A program made the translations under genes and the position numbers. Below, one piece after another: positions 10,822-23,375 of a stretch of 64,000 bases of DNA. How positions within the stretch are numbered: the stretch's first letter is position 1; each line of letters begins with the position of its first letter. The DNA lies in assembly GCA_965112735.1 (NCBI GenBank), contig OZ218954.1, positions 2,604,001-2,668,000 on the forward strand, given 5' to 3'. This DNA comes from Phaeosaccion multiseriatum (lineage: Eukaryota > Protista > Ochrophyta, other classes). Under the pieces are notes generated by a model. That model made no database searches, was not told where the DNA came from, and saw only the letters and a list, made by a program, of their open reading frames with translations.

Positions 10822-12609
10822 TTACTCCCTCAACAAAGATACTTTGATGACCGTCTGTCCAACCTGAATGACGTCGCCATCGTGCACAAGCACGCGCCTT
10901 TTGGGTATGACGGGCTGCCCATTCACCGTGCTGCCATTCTCACTTCCTTTGTCTGTGACGCGCAGTGCGGGAGGCGGTGGTGGTGATTTGGTAGGAGGCT
11001 TCTTCCCTACGGAGCTGCCACGTTTCCGTTTTCGTTCGGCGCAGGGAATCCTGATGGCCTCGACTGCCAGATGCTCCAGGCTGGTCTCGGCGTCGGATTT
11101 CAGGCCGAGGTGAGCCGATCCCCGACCTAATAATACTTCGCCCATGTCCCATCTGACCTCCAGCTCGTGCTTCTTCCTCCTGCCTGGTGGGGATGCTGTG
11201 AGCAAAAAGCCCACAACCTCCGCACCACTCCCCACCTCGCTGTCCGATGCGTCAGACGCGAGGACTGGTACTCGCTGCCGACGCATCCTCGTTGGAGCCG
11301 CTTCCTCAGAAGGTATGGGTTTGCCCCCTCCCGCTGCTTCTGGGGCGCCTTTTGCTGTCGCTGCCCGTCGCGTCCGCCCCTTCTTTGGCACCCCCTCTTC
11401 TTTGGCCCCTCCTTCTGCTGCTGCAGCTCCTGCCCGTCGACGAGGTTTTGCGGCGCCTTTCATCTTCTGTAACAGCTGCTGAAAGACCTTGTACTCAGGC
11501 TCGGCGTCAAATGGCGTGTCTCTAGCAAGCTTGATGAACTGTGCGAGGGTCGACCACTCTCCACAGATGTTCTCTACACTTGCCTTCCTCTTTACGGCCA
11601 AAGACTCGCTTGCGCTCTTCGCATCGGACCAAGGAAGATTACCTCCTCTCAACCAGCTGGCTAAGATGTAGCCTAGCGCCTCGATATCATCACTTCTTCC
11701 GCCGCTGGACCCTTGGTGACAGCTGAGCGAGAGGTACTCAGGGGTACCGTTGGGAGCTCCGCCCGTCCTCAGCTCCTTGTGCTTGCCTCCAGCACTCACC
11801 CAGCGCTCACAGAGACCTAAGACCACGGGGGGGGGGAGGAGACTGGATTTCAGCTGCCGTCCCAGCTGACCTCCTCCTCTTCCTTCTTGGTTGCTTACCA
11901 AAGTCGATCAGGTGGACCTGCCCCGCCTTCTCCGAACCAGGGAGACCCAACATAAAGTTCTCTGGCTGAGCAAGGTTTTGGGCGAGAGAAAGGCGCATTT
12001 ACAAACACGCGAGAGAAGGCTTGGTCGTGTGTTTGGACTCACCTTTACGTCAACAAACACTGTCTTGTGATCCTGGTGCAACACCCTCAACGCCTCCAGA
12101 GCTTGTATGCCGTAATCCCTCACCGAGTCCACGCCCCAGCTCTTGCCATCCGCCTCAAACCTCTGAGTCAAGTCGCTCCCAAGCCGTTCCATGATGAGGT
12201 AGCGCACGCCCTCATCTTCCCCGTAGCCCCCGAACGGCACGAATGGCACGCTGGGGTGGTCTCGGAGACCCCCATTGTAGCACACGTACTCATAGTACAC
12301 TGTGTCGGCAAGCTTTTCCTGTTCACTCCTCTTCTTCTTCTTCTTGTTGTTGTTCTGCGTCGCCTTTTGTGGCAGTGAACACACCTTGGCGACAAGCGGG
12401 ACTTGCGCCCCTTTGTCGAATTTACTCGGGGCCAGGTCTTCTACTTCGAAAACTTCCGCACACGCCCCGTGCCCAAGCAGCCTACCTAACTTCCACCGCT
12501 TCTTGAGGGTCTTCCCCGACATGTGGGAAAGCGCCATAGCTTCTTCTCCACGAGAGGGAAGAGGGGGAAGACCGCCCGTTTGGATTTTTGCGATGGCAGT
12601 GGATGACAT
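10822..12609 (-). CDS. CK1/VRK-family protein kinase with C-terminal FHA domain, 3 exons
   Basis: LGHGACAEVF, VAK, YLIMERLG, DVKPENFM, LIDFG, GTPEYLS, DDIEALGY, LPW; FHA motifs LGRGS, SLEH, DKGSENGSTVNG, HDGDVIQVG. Confidence 0.88.
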
Positions 12610-12652
12610 CTTGGCGCGCAAATTGTTTCATGCCTATGCTCGGTGGTGGCCT

Positions 12653-15105
12653 ATGCGCCTGAGCATCAGGTGGCTCCTTCCCACAAAACCGCTGCTGCTA
12701 ATTCTTTTGCTGCGGCTCTTCCTTGTTGCTAATCTTCTGGGAAGGTGCACCTGTCTGCAATACTCTCTCCACGCGGCCGGCTCAGGTGCTGTATACCATG
12801 CCCTCCCCCCTCCTCCTCTGCCGGGCAATAGAACGGCTGAATGCATATATTTGGGAAACACCAGCATCAGCAGTAGCAGTAGCAGCAACACCACCGCCAC
12901 CACCGTCACCACCACCCTTGAAGGAAGCGCCGTAGCAAAGCCAGCCAAGCGAGAATCGGTGGTGAAGAAGGAAGGGCAAGAGCTCTTAACACGGGTGTTC
13001 AATCTAGGGCTGAGGGCGAGCAATGGATTGTGCAGGACGGTCAATGTCACTGGGGGGGTGGCAGGGATCATTGCGGGGAGCAGTCTCCGGCTTATGGGGG
13101 GGATGCTTCAGGTGAGAGACGCTGGGACAGACGCAGCAAGATGCCCCTTGCCCTCCTGACCGACCTGAATCCTTTCCAAACGTGTAGGATGTCTCCTCTG
13201 GGATGGATATGGCGCACAGCGCGAACCCGGTGACTGTGCCTTTTTTTAGCAAGGGTTGGACTAAGCTCATCGAAAGTCTCAAGAAGTCCGGGGACGTCAT
13301 TTACAGTGTGAGTGGCTTGGCGCTCTTCAAGGAGGGCGTGTGCGTCGCCCACTACCCCTGAATCACCCTGCTTCTGCCGCTCCTGTGTGCGTGTGTTTCT
13401 TTTCTTTTCAAAGGCTGGCGTTGCTGCGGAAAGTGCTACGGTGGACGCCACTCAAGTGGCGGAGGACCACCTTCGCTTCTTTGCGAGAGGGGTACTGGAG
13501 AATGCAGAGGATACGACCAAGTACTTGCTGCGCCTAGACGATGAGTACATGGATGGGGAGTACTTTAACGACGTGGACGAAAAGTGCGTACAAGGAAGGG
13601 AGCGGACTTTTATTATTTGGCCCAAATCGACCTTCTCCTCCTTCTCCAACACCCCCCCGCCCCCACTCTGGCCCCCAAAACGGCAGGATAGTAGAGTACG
13701 TGGTGGACTTGATCTCCGCGGGTGAGGAGGAGCAAGCACCCGACCGGGTTGCACGTCCTCGCAGAATCTCGGGAGTGCGGGCCTTGAGAGCTGCGGCAAA
13801 GCGCGCACTCGCTCGGTCTGGAAACATGCCCACCATGGGCTTGCAGAGCCTCCTGGCTTGCGGAACGTGCCTTGTGGTGGGCGGACTAGGCAGCAAACGC
13901 CCTCTGCTTTACAAAGGAATCACACTTGTCATCTCAAGGTACTACTTTCGGTTTATGGAGCACGCATATCAGGACTGCGTGAAGGACCGCATGCTCGCGG
14001 ATATCAAGTTCGAGGCGGTGACCCGCCGACAGGCCGGCATCCCCGAACGGGCGCGTTGGTTCAACAATGGGGTCGAGGAGGTGTGTTCCCTTTCCCCCCT
14101 ACAGTGAGAAGACCTTGAGCGTTGTTCCCTGCTACTTAAAATCCCTATCCTCCCTTCTGGATCGAAATGCCCCGACTTTCAGGTGTGGAACCCCATACTG
14201 ACGAGGGCGCTGTCGGGACTGATTCTGCGTAGGACAAACATTGCGTTGGACGAACGCCTGCCACCGGATGGGATGAAGCCTGAGGTTAAGAGTTTCAGTA
14301 TGGGGACCAAGGCCCCCGTCGTCCGCTACGCGCTAATCCAAAACTATGGCATGGCCTTGGCGCGAGCCGCATCCAATGCGAGCGGTAACGCAGTCTTGGA
14401 GGCCTTTCTCGAATACGGAGCGAAGCCCAACGCCACGACTGACAACATGTTTTACGCGGAGTTGGGCATCGATCTACAAAGCGAAAAGTCGAAAATGGTG
14501 GTCAAGATTGGCCTCCCCAAGGCGGTGAAGCAGAGACAACACTGGTGGAACATCAAGGGCTACAGCCCGTCGTATAAAATCAAGGTCCGTCTGCCCCCCT
14601 CCATCCATGAATGCGTCAAGACATTTGAATATCCCGAATTGTGCCTTGTCGCTTGCAGGCCGGAGACATGTCCGTGCAAGCAAAAATTGCACTTGCGTTG
14701 CGGTTCGAGGACTCCCCGCCCTACGCACACGAATTGTGGCTGTGCTTTGTTGAGCCACCGCGCCTTCACATGAGTGTAGAGGCGCTGAGCGGGGTTGATG
14801 TTGCTAGCGTACCTGTTGCCAGGCGCCAGCTGCAAAAGGCGCTGTTTGGGGCATTGGCGCCTCTCACCCAGCCCAGACACATACATTGGAGACGGAGAAG
14901 CCAAGAAGAGAGGATCGCCCTAGGCATTCTAAAACAAGACCCAGCCGTTGCGCCGCTTTCCACACGGCAGCGATTGCCACGAGGCACGCGCCTCATGTTT
15001 TGGAGAAGGCGGCGGTGGCAGCAGCAGCCTGCTCTTCATCCTCCGCCTATTCCTCCTCATCCTCCTCCTCCTCCTCCTACTCCTCCTCCTCCTTTAAACA
15101 AATAG
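12653..15105 (+). CDS. Multi-exon SMP-domain (synaptotagmin-like lipid transfer) membrane protein with N-terminal signal peptide
   Basis: Hydrophobic N-terminus; spliced ERARWFNNGVEEVWNP...KSFSMGTKAPVV and LWLCFVEPPRL...DVASVP resemble an SMP domain. Exon structure approximate. Confidence 0.6.
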
Positions 15106-15205
15106 ATCTTTATGTACAGCGTATTCCGCTTTCAGTTCCAGCTGCTCGTCCTCTTCCTCGCATACAACTTAAAGTGGCTCTCTTATTGCAAACTGTTTCC
15201 CACCT

Positions 15206-15950
15206 TCAGTCAGAGGGCTTGCATCTCCACGAGAGGCCCTCGTCGCGCAGGAAGTCCTCTATATCCTTGGGGAACTCGCCCACCACCTCCACTGCGTATA
15301 GTCCTGGTTTGCAGTTCGCTGATGCGGGGAGGGAGGACGGACCAAAATTAGATAGGTGGCGCTGCTTTGTGCACGCGTATTGACCACCAACCCTCACTTA
15401 CCCATCATGTACCACTTGGCTACCCAGCTTTCCCCTGGGTCAGTCAAGGCGACAAGCCCCCCGTAGTAGGCTGAGGTGCAGTCATTCACGCGCTCCGGGT
15501 CTTCCTTCATCCGCAGAAAGTCGCAGTTCTCGCATCCACCTCCATAGAACTGGATTTGTGTGCATGTGTATGGGTGTATAGGATGGGTAAGTCTGTGTTT
15601 CTGTAACGGCATTGTCACTACTCCCTATAACTGGTCCTCCTTACTCCCTTTTCCTCCCCTCGTCTCCGTCGTTCTGACCCCTTTTCGCTCTCTTGTCTCT
15701 GCCTCCCTCCCTTCCTGGCAGGTTGGCAGTCTCTCAAGTCGTGTGAGGTGGTGGCAGGGGGTGTGCGCGATCGAGATGGAGCTGTCCAAGATACCAAAAC
15801 AACCAACTCTCTCACCTGCTCTATAGACTTTACCAACGCGCAGCGTTTACAAGCCCGTAGTCCCTTCAGCTCTCCAGGAATGTCTGCCGTGGGAGCCTCT
15901 TGCAGGTCCTCCTCGTCATCCAAATTGTGATCGTCCTCAATGTCGCTCAT
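15206..15950 (-). CDS. SPT4: Transcription elongation factor SPT4, 3 exons
   Basis: LRACKRCALVKSIEQ|FYGGGCENCDFL...CTSAYYGGLVALTDPGESWVAKW...PGLYAVEVVG; four zinc-binding Cys. Confidence 0.97.
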
Positions 15951-16029
15951 CCTACCTCTTGCAGGGCACGCACAGAGGGCAAAAAGGTCAGATTCGCCTG
16001 CTATGCATCCCAACAGAGGGAGAGGTTCA

Positions 16030-16536
16030 CACCATAGAGAGAAAGAGAGAGAGCGACACATACACAGAGAGAGAGCGACACACAGAGATAGGGAGAGAGA
16101 TGGAGACAAGAGACAGAGACAGGGAGCGACGGAGAGGCAAAGAGAGAGAGAGTGAGAGAGACAAAGCAGAAAAAGGAGGGAGAGTGAGAGAGACAAGGCA
16201 GAGAGAGAGCAGAGACAGATAGAGACAGAGAGGGGAGAGCGAGGGAGAAAAAGAAAGAAAAAGAGACGGAGAGAGAGACAGAGGGATAGAGAGAGAGCGA
16301 TACACAGCGAGAGAAGAGAGGGATAGCGACATACACAGAGGGAGATACAGAGAGAGAGGAGAAGAGAAGGGGGGCGGAGGGGAAGAGACAGAAAGAGATA
16401 GACAGGCAGAGAGGGGAGAGGGAGAAAGCAAAAGAGAGAAGAGACAGAGAAGGGAGGGGAGAGAGAAAGAGAGAGAGCACAGATAGAGAGAGCTAGACAG
16501 AGAGAGAGGGATAGAGAGAGAGAGCGAGAGAGAGCG

Positions 16537-16586
<50 letters not shown>

Positions 16587-16755
16587 CGACACACAGAGAG
16601 AGGAGGGAAGGAGAGCGACAGAGGGGAGAAAGAGAGAGAGATGGAGAGAGAGCCACACATCCACCAACCCTCCACACACACATCCGCCTCCTCACTCAAC
16701 CCCCCTCCCCACCCACCCATCCAGCCACACGCACACACACACACACACACACACC
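16030..16755 (+). repeat. Degenerate (GA)n and (CA)n microsatellite tract, probably inside a 5'-UTR intron of SPT4
   Basis: Purine-rich GA/GACA repeats; minus-strand donor GTGAGT near 16766. Confidence 0.85.
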
Positions 16756-16878
16756 TCCTCACTCACGCTGCTTCGGAAGTCACCGAGGGGCAGCCATCAC
16801 AGCCATTTGTGAGTCGCCTTGGTTTCTTCCATCAATTTTGCCTTTCCCCCCCGCCTCTGACACACTATTCGCGGCGCG

Positions 16879-18256
16879 ATGCTTACTGTGGGACGATGCC
16901 TACTGGGCGCTTCCGCGCTCTATGCGACGGTGGTGACGGGCTTCAGTGTGAGGCCCTTGGTCATGAGCAGCAGCGGAAACAGCCCCAAGGTCGGATCTTC
17001 TAACACTGCTCCATGCGCTTCCCTTTGAATTAGACTAGAAGGAAGATCCCTTTGTATAGAAGAGGGTCGGGTATAGGGGGTGTGGTGGCTTGTCCATCAA
17101 GCATTGGGAAAACAGAGTAGAGGGCGAGCAGTGGGGGCAGGCGAGGGGGAGTAGGCGACCTGAATCTATTCCCTCGCCTTCTTCGGCACCGTCCTCCTGG
17201 CCTTGTCTAATCTTTCCAGCTTTCCCCTCCTTTTCTGTTTTCACAGCTGTGGTACCCGACGAATAGCGTGCAACAAATTCCAATGGGAAGCGGGAGGAGC
17301 GGCAGCAACGTTATTAGTGGCAGCGGCATAGTGAATCCCTTTATGATGCCATCACCAGATGACCCCCCCGAGGTCGATCCCCGACGCAGAGATCCTGACA
17401 AGCCAAATGAACAACCTCCAGTGCGCATGCCGATGGTTGATGTCGGAGGCAAGCAGATGGACGTCATCTCCAACTTGCTGTCGAATAGGATTTTACTCCT
17501 GGGGCAGCAGGTGAATGACGAGGTCGCGAACGTTCTGGTGGCTCAATTGATGTACTTGGCTAACGAGGATCCCGACAAGGATATCACGATATATATCAAC
17601 TCGCCCGGAGGCAGCATCTCTTCGGGCATGGCGATCTATGACACGATGCAATACGTGCCATGTGATGTTGCGACCGTGTGCTACGGAATGGCCGCTTCCA
17701 TGGGATCCTTTCTCTTGGGTGCGGGGGCCAAGGGGAAGCGGAAGTCGCTGCCCAATGCACGCATCATGATCCATCAACCCCTGGGTGGTGCGCAAGGGCA
17801 GGCTGCGGACATCGAGATTCAGGTACTTGCGCTGCTCTCTTGTTGCTGCTGTTGTCGGTGGTTTGAACGCCTGCCTGAGCCTCTTTGGAAAGAAGAATAG
17901 AAGGAGGAGTGGCAAGGCCAAAACCGTCCTTATCACACTGCCTTTGATTGAGCCTAAATTGTACCCCGAGGGTGGAAGGAGTAATGGGAGAGTGACAAAG
18001 CTATAGGAACGGGCTACTCCTTACAGACTCCTCTCTTCTGACCCCCCCACAGGCCAAGGAGATCTTGTTCATTCGAGAATTACTGAACGGATACATGGCC
18101 GACTTTAGCGGCCAGCCCAAGTCCAAGATTGAGGAGGACTGCGACCGTGACTTCTTCATGACTCCGGAGGAGGCAAAGGACTACGGCATCATCGACGAAG
18201 TGATTACCACCAAGACATCGCACATTAAGAAGCCGCAAATGCCCTCCATCTACTAG
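16879..18256 (+). CDS. clpP: Nuclear-encoded, probably plastid-targeted ATP-dependent Clp protease proteolytic subunit, 3 exons
   Basis: Signal peptide ending VTG-FS; YINSPGG, AASMG (Ser), IMIHQP (His), DRDF (Asp); introns 16990-17247 and 17823-18052. Confidence 0.95.
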
Positions 18257-18588
18257 AGAGACATTTTACTGAAAGGGGCGAGGGGGGTGAGGCAGCAAAG
18301 ACGGCGCAACATATGGGGCTCTACGGCCAAAAGGGCGAAGTCTTACAACCTTGTCGACAGACTTAGAACGAACGACGACGTAGAGAGTGGGCATTGGGGA
18401 TGTTGGGAAGGCCTAAAAAAAGATTGTCCTTCATGGCATGACACATGACGTTAGGGCGCTTGTCTCTGTAGTGCGAAAGCTTGAAAGCTTGGTCAGCAAC
18501 GGGTTCTACCCCAATTAATGCGCGTGAGTCTTACTACTTGTCTAAGCAGCTGAGTCGCTTTTACACCCTGGACAGGATTAGACGCTTA

Positions 18589-18624
18589 TGATTATGGCCG
18601 GCGCCAGCTGATCAGCCGGCCGGC
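18589..18624. repeat. Solo unit of the GCCGGC-core family
   Basis: tgattatggccggcgccagc (18589-18608) is identical to 61350-61369. Confidence 0.8.
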
Positions 18625-19104
18625 TTTCAGCTTCCGACCGCTGCACCAAAGCTACTTTGTCCTGCCCGTGTGGGGGGTCAGACCGCCAGCCTGGCGACGT
18701 AGGGAGGAGCATCACCGGGCTCTCTCCTCCTCCTCCTCCTCCTCCTCCTCCTCCTCCTCCTCCACTGGTACGCCTGCTGGCACACGGCACTCGCGCTTTT
18801 TCCTCCAGACACAATCCCTCTCTCTCTCTCTCTCGCCCTGCTCACTCTTCTTCTCTCCCCACTTGCTGGTGTACAGCTCTCCCCTTGCTCTCTCGCCCCC
18901 CCACGCTCTTCCCCTTCGTTTCCTCTCCCGCGCTTCTCCTTCAACACTTCGACACTCGGAGTCGATGAGGGCTACATTATGTAAGGGTTGAAGCGGGACA
19001 AAGAAGCCCAGAAATCAAGAGAACATATAGAAAGCTTTATAGAAATCTTGTGCGCTTGCTGCCGAGTCGCCTACCGTCAAGGCTAACACCTACTGCCTAA
19101 ATCT

Positions 19105-20967
19105 TTACCCCTTTTTCCGCTGCCGGCGTCTGCCGCCCAGGTCATCGTTGTCAGCATAGCCGGCTTCGGGGTCGGAGTCATAGAGCTTGCTCTCGCCCGT
19201 CTCTCCTCCAAGCAGGTCGTCAATGGTTCCGACTGGCGTGGGATCAGTACGGTCCAGCTCCATTCTGTTGGCTCGTCTGCCCCCGCCTCTCTTGCCCTCC
19301 TCCTCCTCTCGCTCCTTCTCCTGTGCAAAGCCCCCATCGGCGCCTTTCTCGTGTCCTCCTTCTCCACTCGATGATGCCGCCTTGCTCCCCGAGTGATTAC
19401 TGTCCATGGCACCATTGGACCCAGCGCTCCTGCTGGTGCCAGAGTTGTGGGAGGCCTTTCCCCGGCACACGGTTTTGTGGTGTTTGAAACCGAACTGGGG
19501 CACGACCTCAAGACAAGTGTAGCAACGGCTCTGCGCCTGCAGGGAGTGGAGCTCGGGAGGAAGAGGGGGTTTGGGCAGCCTGCCTCGGATTGGCCTTGCC
19601 CCTCCCCCCCACCCCAGTGGGGGGGGGAAGTCGCCCATTCTGGGCCCCCCGTTGCCTCTGCTGTCCATCCTCGGAGGCATCCCCCGCATGTCCCCCCCCA
19701 TCATGTCATGCCTGCCTCCTCCAAAGTCTCCATAGCCTCCTCCTCCACCGTATCCACCTCGTCCACCAATCCTTTCCCTCCCGTGGCGGTCGTAGTCAGC
19801 TGCCGCAGCGGCGGCGGCAAAACCATCCTGCTCAAACCTGCCGCCCCGATCGGCAAGGTCCCTACGATCTCGGTCGCGTGAGCCTCCCATACGGCTATTT
19901 CTATCCAACGGCGGGGCTCTCAACCCTCGTGGTTGCTGCATTCTGTACCCGTCTCCGCCTCCCCCTCTGCTGTCCTGCGGGAAGGTCGCGGACTCCATCC
20001 ATCCCCTCTCTCCCCTGCCGTACTGGGATGAAGGCATCGAACCAGAGTCTCGCTGTCTGTGGCTGCCATCCTTGTGCCTGTCCGCGTCTCGTCGCTCCCT
20101 GCTTCCCGTATCTCTACTGTCACGCCTGCTGCTCCCATTCTCACTGCTTCCCCTACTGGGTTTAAGCCTCTTCCTCGACGACCTCTCTCCCGAATGGTCC
20201 CTGTCCTCGCTGCCCTCCCGCCGCTTTCGACTTCCGTGCGAGCGGGAAGTGTCCCGGGAATCCACTCTGCTAGGCTCTTCGCCGCCCCCACCATCTTCTT
20301 TCCCCTTCCCCGACACACCAAACAAGCCTCCACCATCGAAGTCGTCGCGCTTCAGGAGGAGCTTCACTGGGACATTGTGGGAGTTGGTCCATCCCCGAGA
20401 CTCGATGTCCAGCATAGCACACACCGCGTCTCGAGGGTGTGCGAAGCGAACATCAAGAACGTGATTCGCGAGGCACCACCCGACCACCTGGTAGTCCCCT
20501 ATTCGGTCGCAAGACTGACGAATCTTTTTCGTGAGACCCTGATTGTCCACGTCAAGCACCCGGACATAGGTCAGATTGCTCTCCAGAGCTTCCGCTGCCG
20601 AGATTGGCGGCAAGTTGGTGGGGCCAACGTCTTTGGGCTGGAAGCCCTGCCCTGATGAAGCGTCCCCTTTCTGACTGTGCTCGTCCTCCTCTTCTCGATG
20701 CAGCTGGGCCTGCCCCTCCTCCTGCCTCTCCTGCTGCTTCTTCCCACGCGACTGCGGCGGCGACTTGGGGCTTTGCTCTCGCGCAGCTTCCCGGTCTCTC
20801 CCGGCCTCCTCCTCCTCCACGGCCCCCGCCGCCGCCGCCTGCTCCCCCCCCTCCCCCCCCTCCACCTGCTGCTGGTGCACAGGCGCGGTATCACCCTCCT
20901 GCTCCTGCTGCCGCTGCGCCTGCATCTGGTCCTCCTCCGCCTCCTTCTGGTGCTTCGCGTTCTCCAT
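19105..20967 (-). CDS. Low-complexity putative RNA-binding protein: Q/E-rich N-terminus, RRM-like domain, RS/RD and RGG regions, C2HC zinc-finger-like motif
   Basis: 620-aa ORF; YVRVLDV...LDVRFAHPRDAVCAM RRM-like pattern; CYTCLEVVPQFGFKHHKTVC. Confidence 0.65.
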   Translation of the reverse strand: MENAKHQKEAEEDQMQAQRQQEQEGDTAPVHQQQVEGGEGGEQAAAAGAVEEEEAGRDREAAREQSPKSPPQSRGKKQQERQEEGQAQLHREEEDEHSQKGDASSGQGFQPKDVGPTNLPPISAAEALESNLTYVRVLDVDNQGLTKKIRQSCDRIGDYQVVGWCLANHVLDVRFAHPRDAVCAMLDIESRGWTNSHNVPVKLLLKRDDFDGGGLFGVSGKGKEDGGGGEEPSRVDSRDTSRSHGSRKRREGSEDRDHSGERSSRKRLKPSRGSSENGSSRRDSRDTGSRERRDADRHKDGSHRQRDSGSMPSSQYGRGERGWMESATFPQDSRGGGGDGYRMQQPRGLRAPPLDRNSRMGGSRDRDRRDLADRGGRFEQDGFAAAAAAADYDRHGRERIGGRGGYGGGGGYGDFGGGRHDMMGGDMRGMPPRMDSRGNGGPRMGDFPPPLGWGGGARPIRGRLPKPPLPPELHSLQAQSRCYTCLEVVPQFGFKHHKTVCRGKASHNSGTSRSAGSNGAMDSNHSGSKAASSSGEGGHEKGADGGFAQEKEREEEEGKRGGGRRANRMELDRTDPTPVGTIDDLLGGETGESKLYDSDPEAGYADNDDLGGRRRQRKKG

Positions 20968-21088
20968 GATCGCGAAGCTGGTGGGAGGGGAGAAGTGGGG
21001 GGTGAGATCATGGATGGAGGCATACGGGAAAAATCCTTACCTCCCTCTCCCCCCCCCCCTCTGTCTGCCGCTGTGTCTGCCCGTGCCA

Positions 21089-23275
21089 ATGACTCGAGCC
21101 CGAGCACTGTATGTCACAGTGTGCGCCCAACTCGTGTCCTTCATAGTCGGGCTGCGACCCACCTCTCCAGAGTTCCTAGCCCAACTGGATACCAATGCGG
21201 CGGCCACAACAGGATATCTGGGTGCCCAAGAGGGCGGGAAGCGCACGCTGGTGCTGCTCGACACGTACCTCACAAAAACAACACATAGCATGTACTTTGA
21301 CCAGCTTGAGCGGAGACACCATCAATTGACCTTTCGGCTCCCAGCATCAGAAGACGTGCCCATCAGCCGCTTCGGAGAGGACTTGTTCGACAACATTCTC
21401 ATCTTCGCGCCAATGCTTGGAGAGGGGTCGGGGGGGGCAGGCTCACTCAGCGCACACGACGTCATGGACTTTGTGCAGAACGGAGGTAACGCACTTGGCC
21501 TAGCACAGTTGTTCACGTTGCACCTCCAACCCGCGCGCGCGCTCCCTGTCTATCTCTCCTGGTGCAGGTAACGTCATTGTGGCGGCAGACGTCGAGACTG
21601 GCAAGACAGTCCGACACTTGGCAGCTCTGTCTGGGATAGACTTGGATCAGTCAGGGTCCTCTGTCATTGACCATTTGCATTTTGTGGAGGGCTACCAAGA
21701 GGCTGCCGCCCATACGGTGATAAAAGTGAGTGGAGCTTTGAGCTATTGAACAAGCACGAACCACCTCCCCTCACACACCCTCCCCCCCCCCGGCCTCCCT
21801 GCTGCTGCTGTGACACTATAATCACTGAAGGCAAATGCGGCTTGCCTCGCTTGCCCAAATATTATGGGGGCTGCAGCCCGCAGTGACAAGCCCATCCTCT
21901 TCCAAGGCCTAGGGCACGCTATCGATGACGACAACATCCTCACGGCCAAGGTACTTACTCACTAAATGTTTTGCTCTATATTCTCTTGATGGATTGCATT
22001 CTGAAGAACATGCTGCTTGTTTGCTTCACCTTCCTTCGCACCCTGCAGGTGCTGACTGGATTTGCTTCAACATACTCTGCCCCAGCATCCACCCCCATTG
22101 GCAAGTTTCCGGAAAACGCTGGGAAGGACACACTTCTGGTCACGGCCGTCCAAGCGAGAAACAATGCACGCATTCTTTTCTCCGGATCCCTCTCCATGTT
22201 TAGCAACCGGTGAGCCTCCACAAGCCTCGCCCGCCCCCCCCCCCCCGTCCCCCCATTTTCTCTCACAAGCCTTCCCCCTCTGTCTTTGCTGCCACAGCTT
22301 CTTTTCTTCAGACGAGACGGGCAACGCCGTGTTTTGCGAAGAGGTGAGGAGAGCATGTGAGCAGCAAGGGGAGAGAGTGTGTTCTCATCTTTCTGCAACA
22401 TCAACAGGTTACCAAGTGGGCTCTCGCCGAGCGAGGCATGCTCCGAGCCCACCACGTGTCTCACATTCGCGACGATGGCACTGCAGCAGAGCTCCTGCTT
22501 CGGCAAAAGAACCGTAGGGATCTTCCCTTCTCTCTGTTCCCAGAACCCGAGATTGCCAAGAACTCGCAGGTTTGTGGTCTTTCCCAAGAGGACCCCGCCC
22601 AGCGCACAAGCCCACCTGTCTACCCTGTTATCTCTGTATGTGCTCTTTATGGCGGGCAGGTGTACCGCGTCAAGGACAATGTGACCTATGCCGTTATCAT
22701 CGAGGAGTATGATCAAAGCAAGGGGGGTTGGCTTCCCTTTGCGGCCGACGACGTACAGATGGAGGTAAGACAAGTATGAAGCCTCCGGTGCCCTATCCCC
22801 CCGCTGCTCGCTCCTTTTGCTGGTATCTTGACCCGCTCCTCGCTCCTGCTGCTGCTACTCCCCTCCAGTTCGTCATGCTGGACCCTTACGAGAGAATCAC
22901 TCTCCGCAACGATCCTTCGACGGGCCTTTTCTCTACAACCTTCACTGCACCCGACGTATACGGGATATTCAAGTTCAGAGTCATGTACCGCAGGGTAGGA
23001 TACAGCTCGCTCCTCTTCTCCACACAAGTCTCCATTCGGCCATACAAGGTACGACCCAAGTTCCTCCCTCTGCAGCAAGTCTTGCTCCTCTTCGTGCCTG
23101 TGGTGCTCAACCTGTCTCTCCCCCCTCTCTCGCTCGTGTTCAGCACAACGAGTACGAGCGCTTCATCGAGTCAGCCTTTCCGTACTATGCCAGCACCTTC
23201 AGCATGATGGCTGGCTTCTTCTTGTTCACCCTGTGGTTCCTGTACACGGACGAGAAAAAGCAGAAAGAGAGTTAA
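21089..23275 (+). CDS. DDOST: Oligosaccharyltransferase 48 kDa subunit, multi-exon
   Basis: TLVLLD...[65 protein letters not shown]; C-terminal TM followed by a KKQKES tail. Confidence 0.96.
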
Positions 23276-23375
23276 GGGTGCCAGGGGCCCGCTGTTCTAT
23301 GTGTATCATCATCGGCAGTATTGTAGAGGGAAAGCCATCGGACGAGAGAAAGATGGCGGCTCCCCGTTTACATAT

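Noticed and set aside
15959-16762. SL/ER-rich ORFs extending SPT4 upstream
   Set aside because: Translations of GA microsatellite; SPT4 homology starts at MSDIED (15950).
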